From positions 3,050-67,049 of the IMG/VR virus record IMGVR_UViG_3300021400_000331: 64,000 nt of DNA; one strand, written 5' to 3'. Below the pieces are notes generated by a model. The model was not told the origin of the DNA and did not search any database. It saw only the letters and a list, made by a program, of their open reading frames with translations. The stretch is from a virus (lineage: Duplodnaviria > Caudoviricetes). Made by a program: the position numbers and the translations under genes. This document shows, piece after piece, positions 9,518 through 18,703 of this stretch (its first letter is position 1; each line of letters starts with the position of its first letter).

Positions 9518-10882
9518 TTATTTCTGTTTTGGGATTATTACTACGGACGCACCGTTAACTTTATATCTTCTCCGGTCGTGATTGCCTCTGGATGAGATCA
9601 CCCAGAGCATTTCTTTCGGAGTATTGTTGGGGATCGGAGCGCCACCATCGGTAAAATAAATTATACCTTCGTACTTTCTCCGGTTAGCCAGGAACAGGTC
9701 GATAGGTGGTTGGAAATCGGTTCCACCACCTCCATGTAGTTCCCCATTCGGTCTTGTCTTGAAGTCATATTCATGGACGATCCGCGTATCGCACTCTACA
9801 ACATGGAATGTAGTGTTCTTCGTAAGAGTGGCGATCTGCCCCATGAATTCGCGATATTCCGGCATGGAAACAGAACCGGAAGTATCAATCGCAACGAGGA
9901 TATGGGATTTACGCTTATGTCTCGTTCCTGCCGCATCAGGGAACCTTTTGGACTCGCGCTTCTTGGATTTACGCAGTTCTTCAGAGAATTCATTTCCGAT
10001 ATAACGACGGAAATACCGCTTCCAGTCCGCTACGGGGCGAGGTTTCTTTTTATTCCGGATATCCGTAATCTTACCTTTCAGCTCTCCCGGGACTGTGCCC
10101 CTTCCTTTCTCTACTTCCTCGGCAGCGAAGACCAGCAGATCGTCTATCTGCTGCTGAAGATTAACCTTCATGGCTTCATCCATTTCTTCCGGCCACATAC
10201 TATGGTCATCAAAGCGGGAGACGGAGTCAGCCATTTCCTGCATAATCTTTTCCATCGAAGGAACATTCCCGCTATTGGAAGGCTGTGATTCTTGGGGCTT
10301 ATTTGGATGCCCATTTTGGCTATTCTGCGGGCCCGCTGCGGTATTTTGCTGTTGATTGGATGGATTGTTCTGCTGCTGGGATTGTCCATTCTGACCTCCA
10401 TTGCACGGCTTCTGCGGTGCTTGTGCGGCAGCTTTCTGGCGATCTTCCTGCTCTTTCTCAGCCTTCTGTTTGAGAAGCTGGAAGTACCTTCTGGCTCCGA
10501 GTTTCTTGTCAAATCCCAGGTCTTCCGCGAATGCGCCTCCGGCTTCCTTGACGATCTTACTTCTGTCGAGATAGCAATTGACCTCCAGGTCGGCTGCGAT
10601 ATTGCGAAGCCTGTGAACGGCAGGGGAGACATTGTTGTCGTCCCAGAGCGTGAAATGATTGAACGCAATATGGAGACACTCGTGCTTCAGAAGCTGAAGC
10701 GTAGTATCAATCGGCAGTGATTCTACGAAATCCGGATTGTAGGACAGTTTGAATACATTACCTGACTGCCATACACCGAGAGTTCCCATATTCTTATTGG
10801 GTCGTCTGTCCATTGAGGACAGGATAATACCGTAATACGGTTCCTGCATGGTGAATAGCATGCAGATCTTTTCAAAGTCCAT
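9518..10882 (-). CDS. DUF2201-type metallopeptidase + vWA domain protein (MoxR partner)
   Basis: HECLH zincin motif; MIDAS DTSGS; GGGGTDF; YFTDG; Q/N-rich linker. Confidence 0.85.
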   Translation of the reverse strand: MDFEKICMLFTMQEPYYGIILSSMDRRPNKNMGTLGVWQSGNVFKLSYNPDFVESLPIDTTLQLLKHECLHIAFNHFTLWDDNNVSPAVHRLRNIAADLEVNCYLDRSKIVKEAGGAFAEDLGFDKKLGARRYFQLLKQKAEKEQEDRQKAAAQAPQKPCNGGQNGQSQQQNNPSNQQQNTAAGPQNSQNGHPNKPQESQPSNSGNVPSMEKIMQEMADSVSRFDDHSMWPEEMDEAMKVNLQQQIDDLLVFAAEEVEKGRGTVPGELKGKITDIRNKKKPRPVADWKRYFRRYIGNEFSEELRKSKKRESKRFPDAAGTRHKRKSHILVAIDTSGSVSMPEYREFMGQIATLTKNTTFHVVECDTRIVHEYDFKTRPNGELHGGGGTDFQPPIDLFLANRRKYEGIIYFTDGGAPIPNNTPKEMLWVISSRGNHDRRRYKVNGASVVIIPKQK

Positions 10883-11028
10883 TATTCTTCGTTTTCTTCG
10901 TAATATTCTTTTTCTACAAAACAGTTCCCGTCGCCGTCAGAGACGACAAGGGCGTTATCGAACGCCTCTTGGTCATCCAGCCATTTCTGACTTTCCGGCT
11001 AAGAGATGTAGTAATATAAAGTAGGCAT
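10882..11028 (-). pseudogene. 48-codon ORF interrupted by an in-frame TAG at codon 10
   Basis: MPTLYYYIS*PESQKWLDDQEAFDNALVVSDGDGNCFVEKEYYEENEE; fills the gap exactly between flanking genes. Confidence 0.6.
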
Positions 11029-11029
11029 A

Positions 11030-11278
11030 TTACAATGTGATTAGTGGTTCTTCCTGATGTGTTTCGTCGAATACCGGCACGCCATCGCCATCATCAAGCA
11101 CCATCCAGGTTGGATTGAAATCTCCGATATCGAATCCTCGCTTTTCAAGGATATCTCGTACGAGATCTGCTTCTTGGATATCGAGACCGACGCCTTCCAT
11201 CAGATAAGCAGCCTCATCTTTATCGAGCGTGACTACTTCCAGCGTCTTGCATAAGTGGTTTATAACAAGAATTCTCAT
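11030..11278 (-). CDS. Hypothetical protein
   Basis: 82 aa ORF with ATGA overlap to the primase stop. Confidence 0.7.
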   Translation of the reverse strand: MRILVINHLCKTLEVVTLDKDEAAYLMEGVGLDIQEADLVRDILEKRGFDIGDFNPTWMVLDDGDGVPVFDETHQEEPLITL

Positions 11279-12306
11279 GTTTTACTCTTTAATTTGTTCC
11301 AAAGATTTATGAATTCTTCTTTGCTGTAAAATTTATAGAAATCGCTCGGGTCTTTTGCTTCGTACTCCGCAGGAATACAAATGTTGATGAGCTGCGGATA
11401 CTTTTCGATTAGAGCCCTTGCGTGATCCTGTCCGGGATTGTCATTCGTGTGTTTGAAATCATTGTCATACCACAAATAGACCTTCTTGAACTTGGATAGA
11501 ACTTGTTTCATAACCTGCGGCTTCGGTATATATCCTTCTCCTTGGAGGGACATCGCCGGTATGCCGAGATTATTCCAGATGCACATCGCATCTTTTCTGG
11601 ACGACGTTATGATAACTGCTTCGTTACTCCTCTCGTCTGCCCACTTGAAAGCGTGTTTCCAAAGATCCCAAACGGAACTGTCGTGTTTTGACAGCCATTT
11701 GAGCTCCCTGGAATACGGCTGATACAGTTTGATACTCTGCACTCCATCTTTCCACTCGAAATAGGCATAGGCATATTTGTCCATCGGTGTAGAATAGCTA
11801 AATTTCTGTCCGTCCTTATCCGTCTTTGTAAAGAAAGCGTGTGAGATTGGATAGACGTTACACCATTGGGCGAACTGCTTGGATATCCCAAAGCTTTCCC
11901 AGAACTCTACATCCCAGGATTGCCACGGTCTTGTTTTTACTTCGATTGAGATAGTCTTGGCCAGATGCGTTCGACCATGATAACGGCGCAGGATATCAAA
12001 CTTAGGAAGGGTTGCATCAGTATCAGACTTTATCTTGGAAAGGGTTTCTGTATAGTCCGTATGCCAAAGACGGGACAGGAGGTCTATGGTCGTACCATAT
12101 TCCCCTGTTCCGTAATCCTTCCAATAAATACGCCCGTCCTTCTCCGTTATAGAGAAAGACGGGTTCTTGTCGTCGTCGCGATGAAGAGATGTGCAAGTGC
12201 ATGGAAATGTATCAATACCGAAATAACGCTTGAAGATATCAGTATCTGACATGCTGATATCTTCTCTGCGTATCTCGGCAGGCGATTTCTTTGCTCTTGA
12301 AATCAT
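11275..12306 (-). CDS. DNA primase (crAss-type, TOPRIM)
   Basis: N-terminal HRDDDKNPSFS...WKDYGTG, KLYQPY, TOPRIM ITSSRKD and LWYDND. Confidence 0.85.
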   Translation of the reverse strand: MISRAKKSPAEIRREDISMSDTDIFKRYFGIDTFPCTCTSLHRDDDKNPSFSITEKDGRIYWKDYGTGEYGTTIDLLSRLWHTDYTETLSKIKSDTDATLPKFDILRRYHGRTHLAKTISIEVKTRPWQSWDVEFWESFGISKQFAQWCNVYPISHAFFTKTDKDGQKFSYSTPMDKYAYAYFEWKDGVQSIKLYQPYSRELKWLSKHDSSVWDLWKHAFKWADERSNEAVIITSSRKDAMCIWNNLGIPAMSLQGEGYIPKPQVMKQVLSKFKKVYLWYDNDFKHTNDNPGQDHARALIEKYPQLINICIPAEYEAKDPSDFYKFYSKEEFINLWNKLKSKT

Positions 12307-12321
12307 CTCATTGTTGTTTGA

Positions 12322-13275
12322 CTAAAAAGGGAGATCGTTCTCTTCGTTATCGGAAGATCCGTTATTGAAGATATTCTCTGCGGAGTTGTCAGAGACGCTG
12401 TCCGCTTCAAGCTTCCATTCACGGATAGGCCCGGCAGAGAATTCATACTGTGCAGCAGTCTGTTTCCCGTTGAGGAACCGGTCAATACCTTTTCGTGCAG
12501 TACGGAACTCTCCTGTGGCCGCATCAACGCGCTCGGCATTGGAGATATAGGCATAGTCGCGATGACCGCCCATGAGGAATACCTGATAGGACTTGTTGTC
12601 CTCTTTCGTGCGGACACCGAAGGTGAGCTTGATACGGTTATCCGGCTGAAGCGCGACATAATCTGCGAGCTCCTTGGCGTTGCCAGCACAGAGCGCATTC
12701 CAGTCATCGATGGTGAGGACACCAGGATTCTCGGTTGGTACCCATTCGCCTTCATTGCTGTCCTTGTTCTTGCGAACAAATCTCTGGAACGGAGTAACGT
12801 TGAGATACTTCATCAGGAAACAGACGAGCTCTTCTTCACCGCGGTGACACGGAAGATAATTCTTGCTGATATCTGCCGGACCGTTTTCATACTGAGGAAC
12901 TGAATGATGCTTCACGTCGTCCTTCGTAGCCCACGCCGTGCGACCAAAACCGTCAATGATTTTGCATTTGGTCTCGTCGTTGTTGAGGTGGAATCCCGGG
13001 CGTACCCAGAAATCCAGGGCGACAGTTGGTTTGTTCTCGAGTTCCTGAATCTGAGCAAGGAAGCGCACGCGCGACGCGATGATCTTGCCGCTTTCGTCTT
13101 TGGTAACATACTGCGGTTCCTTGGCGTCTTCTGCGAGATTCCATCCGAACTGACGGAGTTTCGCGTTATCCGGATTGACTGCTACAATATTGACTGTACC
13201 TACGCCGATAAACTTCTTAACATCGACATATTCTCCGGTAGGGGCTTCCTTGGTAACGTTGTAATTCTGAATCAT
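12322..13275 (-). CDS. Putative single-stranded DNA-binding protein
   Basis: Acidic tail ending DLPF; crAss-like GxVNIVAVNP N-terminus; next to primase. Confidence 0.65.
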   Translation of the reverse strand: MIQNYNVTKEAPTGEYVDVKKFIGVGTVNIVAVNPDNAKLRQFGWNLAEDAKEPQYVTKDESGKIIASRVRFLAQIQELENKPTVALDFWVRPGFHLNNDETKCKIIDGFGRTAWATKDDVKHHSVPQYENGPADISKNYLPCHRGEEELVCFLMKYLNVTPFQRFVRKNKDSNEGEWVPTENPGVLTIDDWNALCAGNAKELADYVALQPDNRIKLTFGVRTKEDNKSYQVFLMGGHRDYAYISNAERVDAATGEFRTARKGIDRFLNGKQTAAQYEFSAGPIREWKLEADSVSDNSAENIFNNGSSDNEENDLPF

Positions 13276-13304
13276 GATTATTTTATTTTTATTGGTTTAT
13301 TATT

Positions 13305-13844
13305 TTATTTCCACTCGTCAATGAAATTATTGATATCGGGCCATCCATCGCCATCAGTTGACGGGATCTCAATCCCGCTTGCCGGTTCAGCGTTGGCGAA
13401 AGGATCCTCCGCAGATTCCGCTTTCTCCATTTCTTTCTCCACGTTAATTGTCTCTACGACAACCGACGGATCATTCATCGGATCAAGCTCCGGCAGATTC
13501 TCTTCTTCGTCAGCAGGAACTTCTTCGGGAATCGGATCGACAACCTTGTCTTCCTCCGCGACGATTGGAGTTTCCTGGACGTCCTCAACGGAGGCAGTAG
13601 ACTCTTCCATCTCGTCAATTTCCGTTGCGTCGGAGGTGTAACGAGCAAGAACGCTTTTCTCCCAGAAATCAATCTCCTTCTGGCAGCGCTTAATCATATT
13701 GTTAAGATCTTTCTTCTCTTTTTCGGCGAGCTTGCGATACTTTTCGTCGATCTCGGAGACTTCCTTTTCTGCCTGTTCCTTGTTCTTGCGGAATTTGTCA
13801 ATGAACTTGTTGAGGTCTTTGATGTCTAAATTAAAGTTGGTCAT
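13305..13844 (-). CDS. Acidic coiled-coil hypothetical protein
   Basis: K/E-rich N-terminal coiled coil and E/D/P-rich C-terminus. Confidence 0.7.
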   Translation of the reverse strand: MTNFNLDIKDLNKFIDKFRKNKEQAEKEVSEIDEKYRKLAEKEKKDLNNMIKRCQKEIDFWEKSVLARYTSDATEIDEMEESTASVEDVQETPIVAEEDKVVDPIPEEVPADEEENLPELDPMNDPSVVVETINVEKEMEKAESAEDPFANAEPASGIEIPSTDGDGWPDINNFIDEWK

Positions 13845-13906
13845 AAGTATTTAAGAAAGTTGTTTTAAGTTTTCAATTTATTTCTTAGTCATTCGAAATG
13901 AGCGCC

Positions 13907-14722
13907 TTATGCCGGATTCGGCAAGAAGATCTGCGACATATCGAATTTCAGATGATTCTCTTCATCGGATTCTGCGACTACAAAGCGTTTTCCTCTCAAA
14001 TGAAGAGGGCGAGCCTCCTTGATCGTATCATCTCCACCGATGAAAGATAGGATAGTCTTATTGCCTTCTCGATAGAGATAGCCAACGCCGTCTGCTTCAC
14101 CACAGATGATATCTGCAAGCTTACCTGCAAGGTCAACGGAGAGTTCGGTAGTTTCAACGTCCTTTTCCTTAATCTGGCGGTCTTTCACATGACACACCAA
14201 GATCAAAGACTCGCAAAGCGGCTGGAACATGTGTACCATCTCTTTGAGAGCTTCGCGCAGATACAAATATCCAGCGCCATTAGGAAGTTGTCTTACGTCA
14301 GCCTTGGAATCCGGCACGGGTTTACCTTCTTTCCGGATGATCACTCCGTTTTTGTCCTTCATGTATCCCCAGTTCGCGCCCATCGGAGTCTTGCGATACA
14401 AAGCTGCTGCATACGGAAGAGACATTTCTTCCAAACGAGTTGCATTGTCGATGGTGATAAATCTATACGGGAATTTGCCTTCTTCTTTGATTTTCTTTTC
14501 AAGAGCGGCTTTGATATAGAAAAGTTCCTGTGCGCTTTCGGCCTTGACCCGCATTACACTCAATGCACGATAGCCATCCTCCAAATCAATAATCAAATTA
14601 TTATCCAGGGATGCCATAACGGAACTTTTACCGCTTTTGGGGCGACCATAAATAACCAGCAAACGCGGATTATAGTTCTGAGCTTTCTGCCGCTCAGTAG
14701 GCAAGACAATCTCTTTTGCCAT
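13907..14722 (-). CDS. AAA_24/Sak4-like ATPase (putative recombinase)
   Basis: YGRPKSGKS Walker A, IDLEDG, ITIDN, LVCHVKD. Confidence 0.8.
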   Translation of the reverse strand: MAKEIVLPTERQKAQNYNPRLLVIYGRPKSGKSSVMASLDNNLIIDLEDGYRALSVMRVKAESAQELFYIKAALEKKIKEEGKFPYRFITIDNATRLEEMSLPYAAALYRKTPMGANWGYMKDKNGVIIRKEGKPVPDSKADVRQLPNGAGYLYLREALKEMVHMFQPLCESLILVCHVKDRQIKEKDVETTELSVDLAGKLADIICGEADGVGYLYREGNKTILSFIGGDDTIKEARPLHLRGKRFVVAESDEENHLKFDMSQIFLPNPA

Positions 14723-14723
14723 A

Positions 14724-15122
14724 TTAGTCGTTAATTGTTGAAAGTGATACTGTCTGTTTGATTGTATACTCGAGGGTTCCGGTGTATCCGAAATCTACAA
14801 GTTTCTTCATTAGATCCTTTGGCTTCGGATTTACGAGTACCGTAACGCCTCTTCCACGAAGAGCGTCTACAAGATCAGCTATAGGAACCGTAATGAGATT
14901 GGGTTTTTCTTCCTTTTTGATTCCTTCCGGCATCCTCGTCTTCGGCTGGACTGTTTTATTCTCTTTTCTTGCTTTTCCTTTCAGATACTGCTCTCTCGAG
15001 ATCTCATTCTGGCAAGTCCTGCAATAGTCTGCATGACCATCTTTTTTGGCCCTATTCAATCCAAACTGATCAATGGGCTTGTCCTCTCCGCATCGCGGGC
15101 AATGTTTAGTTTGTGTTTCCAT
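14724..15122 (-). CDS. Zinc-finger protein
   Basis: CPRC...YCRTC; likely start METQTK at 15122. Confidence 0.7.
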   Translation of the reverse strand: METQTKHCPRCGEDKPIDQFGLNRAKKDGHADYCRTCQNEISREQYLKGKARKENKTVQPKTRMPEGIKKEEKPNLITVPIADLVDALRGRGVTVLVNPKPKDLMKKLVDFGYTGTLEYTIKQTVSLSTIND

Positions 15123-15381
15123 GTTTGAGTAATTCGTTAAAATCCGGAACTTCAATTGTATTTTCGTCAATGCGCTGCCTGATATCCGGATTTCCCATAC
15201 CTTCAAATACAGACAACAGAACACCCAGAAAACCAAGGTTGCCTTCTGTAGCCTTATAGATACCGACGGCAATCTTGTAAAGATCATCTATACCTTCGGC
15301 GCGGATCTTTACTCCAAAGCTATTGTTTTCATCATCGCTTGTGATCTCCAATAGAGTCCGGGGTTCAAAACTATCCTTCAT
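15106..15381 (-). CDS. Hypothetical protein
   Basis: 91 aa ORF overlapping both neighbours. Confidence 0.7.
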   Translation of the reverse strand: MKDSFEPRTLLEITSDDENNSFGVKIRAEGIDDLYKIAVGIYKATEGNLGFLGVLLSVFEGMGNPDIRQRIDENTIEVPDFNELLKHGNTN

Positions 15382-16639
15382 TGATTTTGAGATTATTAAA
15401 GAATGACAATAAGACTGATTTACTGATGTGATTTTTGTTTTTGTTTAATTTTAATTCTTTTGCCTTGTCATACCAGTATCTCATATTAAGCTGATCATCC
15501 GGACGCGGCAATTCACTGAACGAACATACAGCGCCATCGAAGAACAGGGGGCATACTCCGCCCATTTCTCCATTTCGATTGGCCAAGACATATAAGAACC
15601 GTCCGTAATTTTGCAAACCGGTTCCATCTGCCTGCTGAATAGAATAGCCAAGCCAAGCTGGAAGGCCGAATTTGGATGGATCGAAAAGTCCAAGGACAAG
15701 ATCGGCATCGCGTGCAGTATATTTGCTGTCTCCGAGACCAGCTGCACTCGGAACCATTCTTTTAGCCTTGATTGCCTCCAATCCTTCCGAGTCAGATGCC
15801 TGCTGCTGAATAGCCACACAAGTGAAGTTGTACCTGTTCCGCAGATACTTCACGAAATACTCGCTGGTTTTGTCCACCGCCTCTTTCGTACCTTTGAAGC
15901 CCTGCTCCTTGTCTACAAGCCCGATATGATCTATGATACAAATCTTGTAATGATTCGGATCATACTGCTTGTAAGACTTGAAGACTTCAACATCCTTTTC
16001 AAAGATGCCTTTAGACTTGATCTTTTCTGACTGATAATCACCAACGCTCTTTGCGTATTCCTCGCAAACACGAAGAATGCCGGTTGGATTCGTGTTTTCA
16101 GTCTCAAATCGTACGCACTCCTCGAAGAACTTAAGCCGTTCCTGATACTTTTCACTCTTCAGTAAGTCAAGCGCTTCTATCGGAACTGGATACTCCGTTG
16201 AGGTAGAACGAAGGTCTGCTGGGGCGAGGCGGTATCCATCTATCTTGTAGAGAAGATAGGACATATATCGCTCGATAATCTTCTGAACAGATTCTTCAAG
16301 CGCGAAATAGATAATGTGAACCGAACATTGGTCTTTATGCTCAAACGCATAATCAAGTGCGTGAAAGACATAAATGAAATTGGCAAAATTAGTCTTACCT
16401 ACCTTTTGATTTGCGGATACGACAACATATTGGCCTTGCTCGATTCCGGGAACTTCATTTCTGAAGCGTGTAAAGGGCAGAGGGATGCAGTTTACTCCTC
16501 CATGAAGGACGTTCTGTCTTCGTTCCTCCAGATTGTTGATCACCGCATTCACACTGTCCGCCCCAATCAGGCCCACAGCGAACCCATCGTATTCCTCCTT
16601 GGATAGCCCCGAGGGAGAATCATTTGTTCCTTTTATCAT
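15371..16639 (-). CDS. DnaB-like replicative helicase (SF4)
   Basis: SANQKVGKT Walker A, YFALEES, IIDHIGL, QQQ, LGDSK, NRNG. Confidence 0.85.
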   Translation of the reverse strand: MIKGTNDSPSGLSKEEYDGFAVGLIGADSVNAVINNLEERRQNVLHGGVNCIPLPFTRFRNEVPGIEQGQYVVVSANQKVGKTNFANFIYVFHALDYAFEHKDQCSVHIIYFALEESVQKIIERYMSYLLYKIDGYRLAPADLRSTSTEYPVPIEALDLLKSEKYQERLKFFEECVRFETENTNPTGILRVCEEYAKSVGDYQSEKIKSKGIFEKDVEVFKSYKQYDPNHYKICIIDHIGLVDKEQGFKGTKEAVDKTSEYFVKYLRNRYNFTCVAIQQQASDSEGLEAIKAKRMVPSAAGLGDSKYTARDADLVLGLFDPSKFGLPAWLGYSIQQADGTGLQNYGRFLYVLANRNGEMGGVCPLFFDGAVCSFSELPRPDDQLNMRYWYDKAKELKLNKNKNHISKSVLLSFFNNLKINEG

Positions 16640-16650
16640 AATGTTTCTAT

Positions 16651-17190
16651 TTAAATGATTGTTCCCTGGTCGAAAGACGATCCACCGAAAAGCGCCTCGA
16701 ACTCATTCTGTTGACGCTGTTCATCCGTGAGAGATTCAAGCATATCTGCCAATACGGATTTGGTTTCATAATCAATCTTACCATCAGAACCAATCGTTGC
16801 CCGCTTCTGCTTACAGATGAAATATGGGAGAGTCTGCATATATGTAGCGTCATTCTCATATTGGGCAAGATATTTCCTGGCGACAGAAAGAACGTCATCG
16901 ACAGTATACTCTTTAAGACCGCGCAAAGCCCAGATATATTTAAGCCTATATGCAAGATTCTTGACGGAATCCCGCCAAGGATATTTGCCGTCTTTGTTGC
17001 CAGAAGGCCAGAGTTCCCGAAGCTTTTCGGCCAACTCTGTATAATAGTCCTTACGAATCCTGACAAGATTAAAATCCACGTCAAGATCGTCAATAAGAGC
17101 TGACAGTTCATCAAGCTTATCTCCTGAAAGGTATCCATTCTCTTTAAGATACTTTGCGCAGAAGATAGCTTCTTTTGTATGCTTCTTCAT
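16651..17190 (-). CDS. Conserved crAss-like protein upstream of the helicase (possible loader/initiator)
   Basis: LAEKLRELWPSGNK...YMQTLPYFICK pattern; role inferred from position only. Confidence 0.65.
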   Translation of the reverse strand: MKKHTKEAIFCAKYLKENGYLSGDKLDELSALIDDLDVDFNLVRIRKDYYTELAEKLRELWPSGNKDGKYPWRDSVKNLAYRLKYIWALRGLKEYTVDDVLSVARKYLAQYENDATYMQTLPYFICKQKRATIGSDGKIDYETKSVLADMLESLTDEQRQQNEFEALFGGSSFDQGTII

Positions 17191-17205
17191 TTGTTATGGT
17201 ATTAA

Positions 17206-17273
17206 AGGGTGCAATTGAGATTCGTGAAACGTGACCCCAAAAAACATAAAACACTATGACCCAACTGCACCCT
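17206..17273 (-). ncRNA. Structured leader element D
   Basis: AGGGTGCA 17206-13 / TGCACCCT 17266-73 extended by TTG/CAA; two GGGTCA copies in the loop on minus. Confidence 0.4.
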
Positions 17274-17282
17274 GCTTCTTCA

Positions 17283-17314
17283 CAAATATAGTGATTATCA
17301 ATTCAAGAAACAAA
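17283..17314 (-). promoter_or_regulatory. Canonical Bacteroidota sigma-A promoter for the replication operon
   Basis: Minus strand TTTG-N20-TATATTTG, a full consensus match. Confidence 0.7.
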
Positions 17315-17320
17315 ATTGTT

Positions 17321-17464
17321 TTATTTATTTTCTTTCTTGTTTTCGGTGGAATTTTCGGATTCATGCGGTCTATTCAAAGACTCAGCAATCATCTTCATGG
17401 ACTCGGAGATGGCTTTCATATAGAGAGGCATTGTCTCCATGTAATGTTGTTCAAGAACAGTCAT
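17321..17464 (-). CDS. Small hypothetical protein (47 aa; below ORF-track cutoff)
   Basis: MTVLEQHYMETMPLYMKAISESMKMIAESLNRPH...; overlaps the upstream gene end. Confidence 0.55.
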   Translation of the reverse strand: MTVLEQHYMETMPLYMKAISESMKMIAESLNRPHESENSTENKKENK

Positions 17465-17594
17465 TGTCGTAATCATTTTCTCGTTCGTATTCTACCCGCT
17501 CTATGCAGGCTTCTTCATAGAGATCGTAAAGCCGCTCCTTCTCTTCGGAAGAAAGCGGCTCATCGTCCCAGTCGTGTTCGTAGTGAAACTTCAT
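17451..17594 (-). CDS. Small acidic protein (47 aa)
   Basis: MKFHYEHDWDDEPLSSEEKERLYDLYEEACIERVEYE...; ATGA overlap with the upstream gene. Confidence 0.6.
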   Translation of the reverse strand: MKFHYEHDWDDEPLSSEEKERLYDLYEEACIERVEYERENDYDNDCS

Positions 17595-17782
17595 GGCTCC
17601 ATGTGTTTATAGGGTTCGTCATGGAGTTTGTAAAATGCCCGTCCCGAAAGACCGCAGATAATCATCCAACCAAGAGACCAGCAAATCTGCTGACCAGCTG
17701 TCATATCAGGACCAAACGAGATTGCACAAAGAAGGCTGACCACAAAGGCCAGCCCTGTAAGGATTTCAAGTATCTTTTTCAT
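17591..17782 (-). CDS. Small two-TM membrane protein
   Basis: MKKILEILTGLAFVVSLLCAISFG...ICWSLGWMIICGLSG. Confidence 0.6.
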   Translation of the reverse strand: MKKILEILTGLAFVVSLLCAISFGPDMTAGQQICWSLGWMIICGLSGRAFYKLHDEPYKHMEP

Positions 17783-17783
17783 G

Positions 17784-18254
17784 TCAAATATGTGCGTCGT
17801 AAACTTCGCCAATTCTGAATGTCTGTCCCGCAAAATACGGAGCATCTTCAACGAACTGCATCGAACTCTTGCCAGCACCAGCGAAGATAAACATCATGTT
17901 GTCGTTCTTGTAATACTCACCAGCAAACCTCAATTCAGAAAACAATTCTGACACGGATGTTGCCGGTGCTGCAAGATTATTGACCAGATTGACATAATAG
18001 TCGTGAAGTGTGCCGACAATGGTCTCTCTCGGAAGAAACGTGATTGTCTCCTTCTCAGGATCCACATTCGCAATGCCCTCAAAGAAAGTTGCAAAGTTAT
18101 CGCTGTTAATCAAATCATCACGTTCAGCCTTACGATATTTCTCTCCAGCATAATCCGTGAAATAGTCGATAGTCGTATCCCCTTCGTCAAAGATATAACT
18201 AAACTGCCCTTTCTTTTCTCCGTCCGAAAGGATTTCAACAATGGGGAAATGCAT
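17784..18254 (-). CDS. Hypothetical protein
   Basis: 156 aa ORF, 1-nt gap to neighbours. Confidence 0.75.
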   Translation of the reverse strand: MHFPIVEILSDGEKKGQFSYIFDEGDTTIDYFTDYAGEKYRKAERDDLINSDNFATFFEGIANVDPEKETITFLPRETIVGTLHDYYVNLVNNLAAPATSVSELFSELRFAGEYYKNDNMMFIFAGAGKSSMQFVEDAPYFAGQTFRIGEVYDAHI

Positions 18255-18255
18255 A

Positions 18256-18555
18256 TTACTTCTTCATTTCTTTCTTGATTTCTTCGGCAACAGCCTTGGG
18301 AAGATAACTCTTGTATGCCTTGCCGGTCTTCTTACTCACGCGGAGAATGTAGCAAGCTCCAGACTTCGTAATCCAGATAGGATGCACTTCGCCCTTTGAA
18401 TCACGCCAAGTATACTCGGTCTTGACATCAGTCAACCCTTTCTCCTTGGGAGCAGACACGGCAGAGAACTCTTTACCGTCACGTTTGTAATCCTGGGAAT
18501 AACCAAGACTAGTTGCTAACATGAATGCGGCTAACAGAATCACAATCTTTTTCAT
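18256..18555 (-). CDS. Secreted hypothetical protein
   Basis: Signal peptide MKKIVILLAAFMLATSLGYS-Q. Confidence 0.7.
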   Translation of the reverse strand: MKKIVILLAAFMLATSLGYSQDYKRDGKEFSAVSAPKEKGLTDVKTEYTWRDSKGEVHPIWITKSGACYILRVSKKTGKAYKSYLPKAVAEEIKKEMKK

Positions 18556-18703
18556 TTTGCTTTTTGATTATTGCCAAGACCGCATCGCAATCCGGCATTT
18601 GTTTGACTTTTTGTTCAGCCTCAACAGAAGAGACGGCCTCAACTGTAATAGTATTACAATCAAAGCCGTCTTTCTGGAGATATGTCACCCTAAATTTCTT
18701 CAT
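18509..18703 (-). CDS. Small hypothetical protein
   Basis: MKKFRVTY...TVEAVSSVEAEQKV, a common small phage beta-beta-alpha pattern. Confidence 0.6.
   Translation of the reverse strand: MKKFRVTYLQKDGFDCNTITVEAVSSVEAEQKVKQMPDCDAVLAIIKKQNEKDCDSVSRIHVSN

Noticed and set aside
12304-12324. TAG stops in frame with the next gene (SSB-primase; also 1259, 43092, 55817, 63546), suggesting read-through fusions
   Set aside because: About one third of the TAG-terminated genes, the chance expectation; TAA-terminated genes do the same
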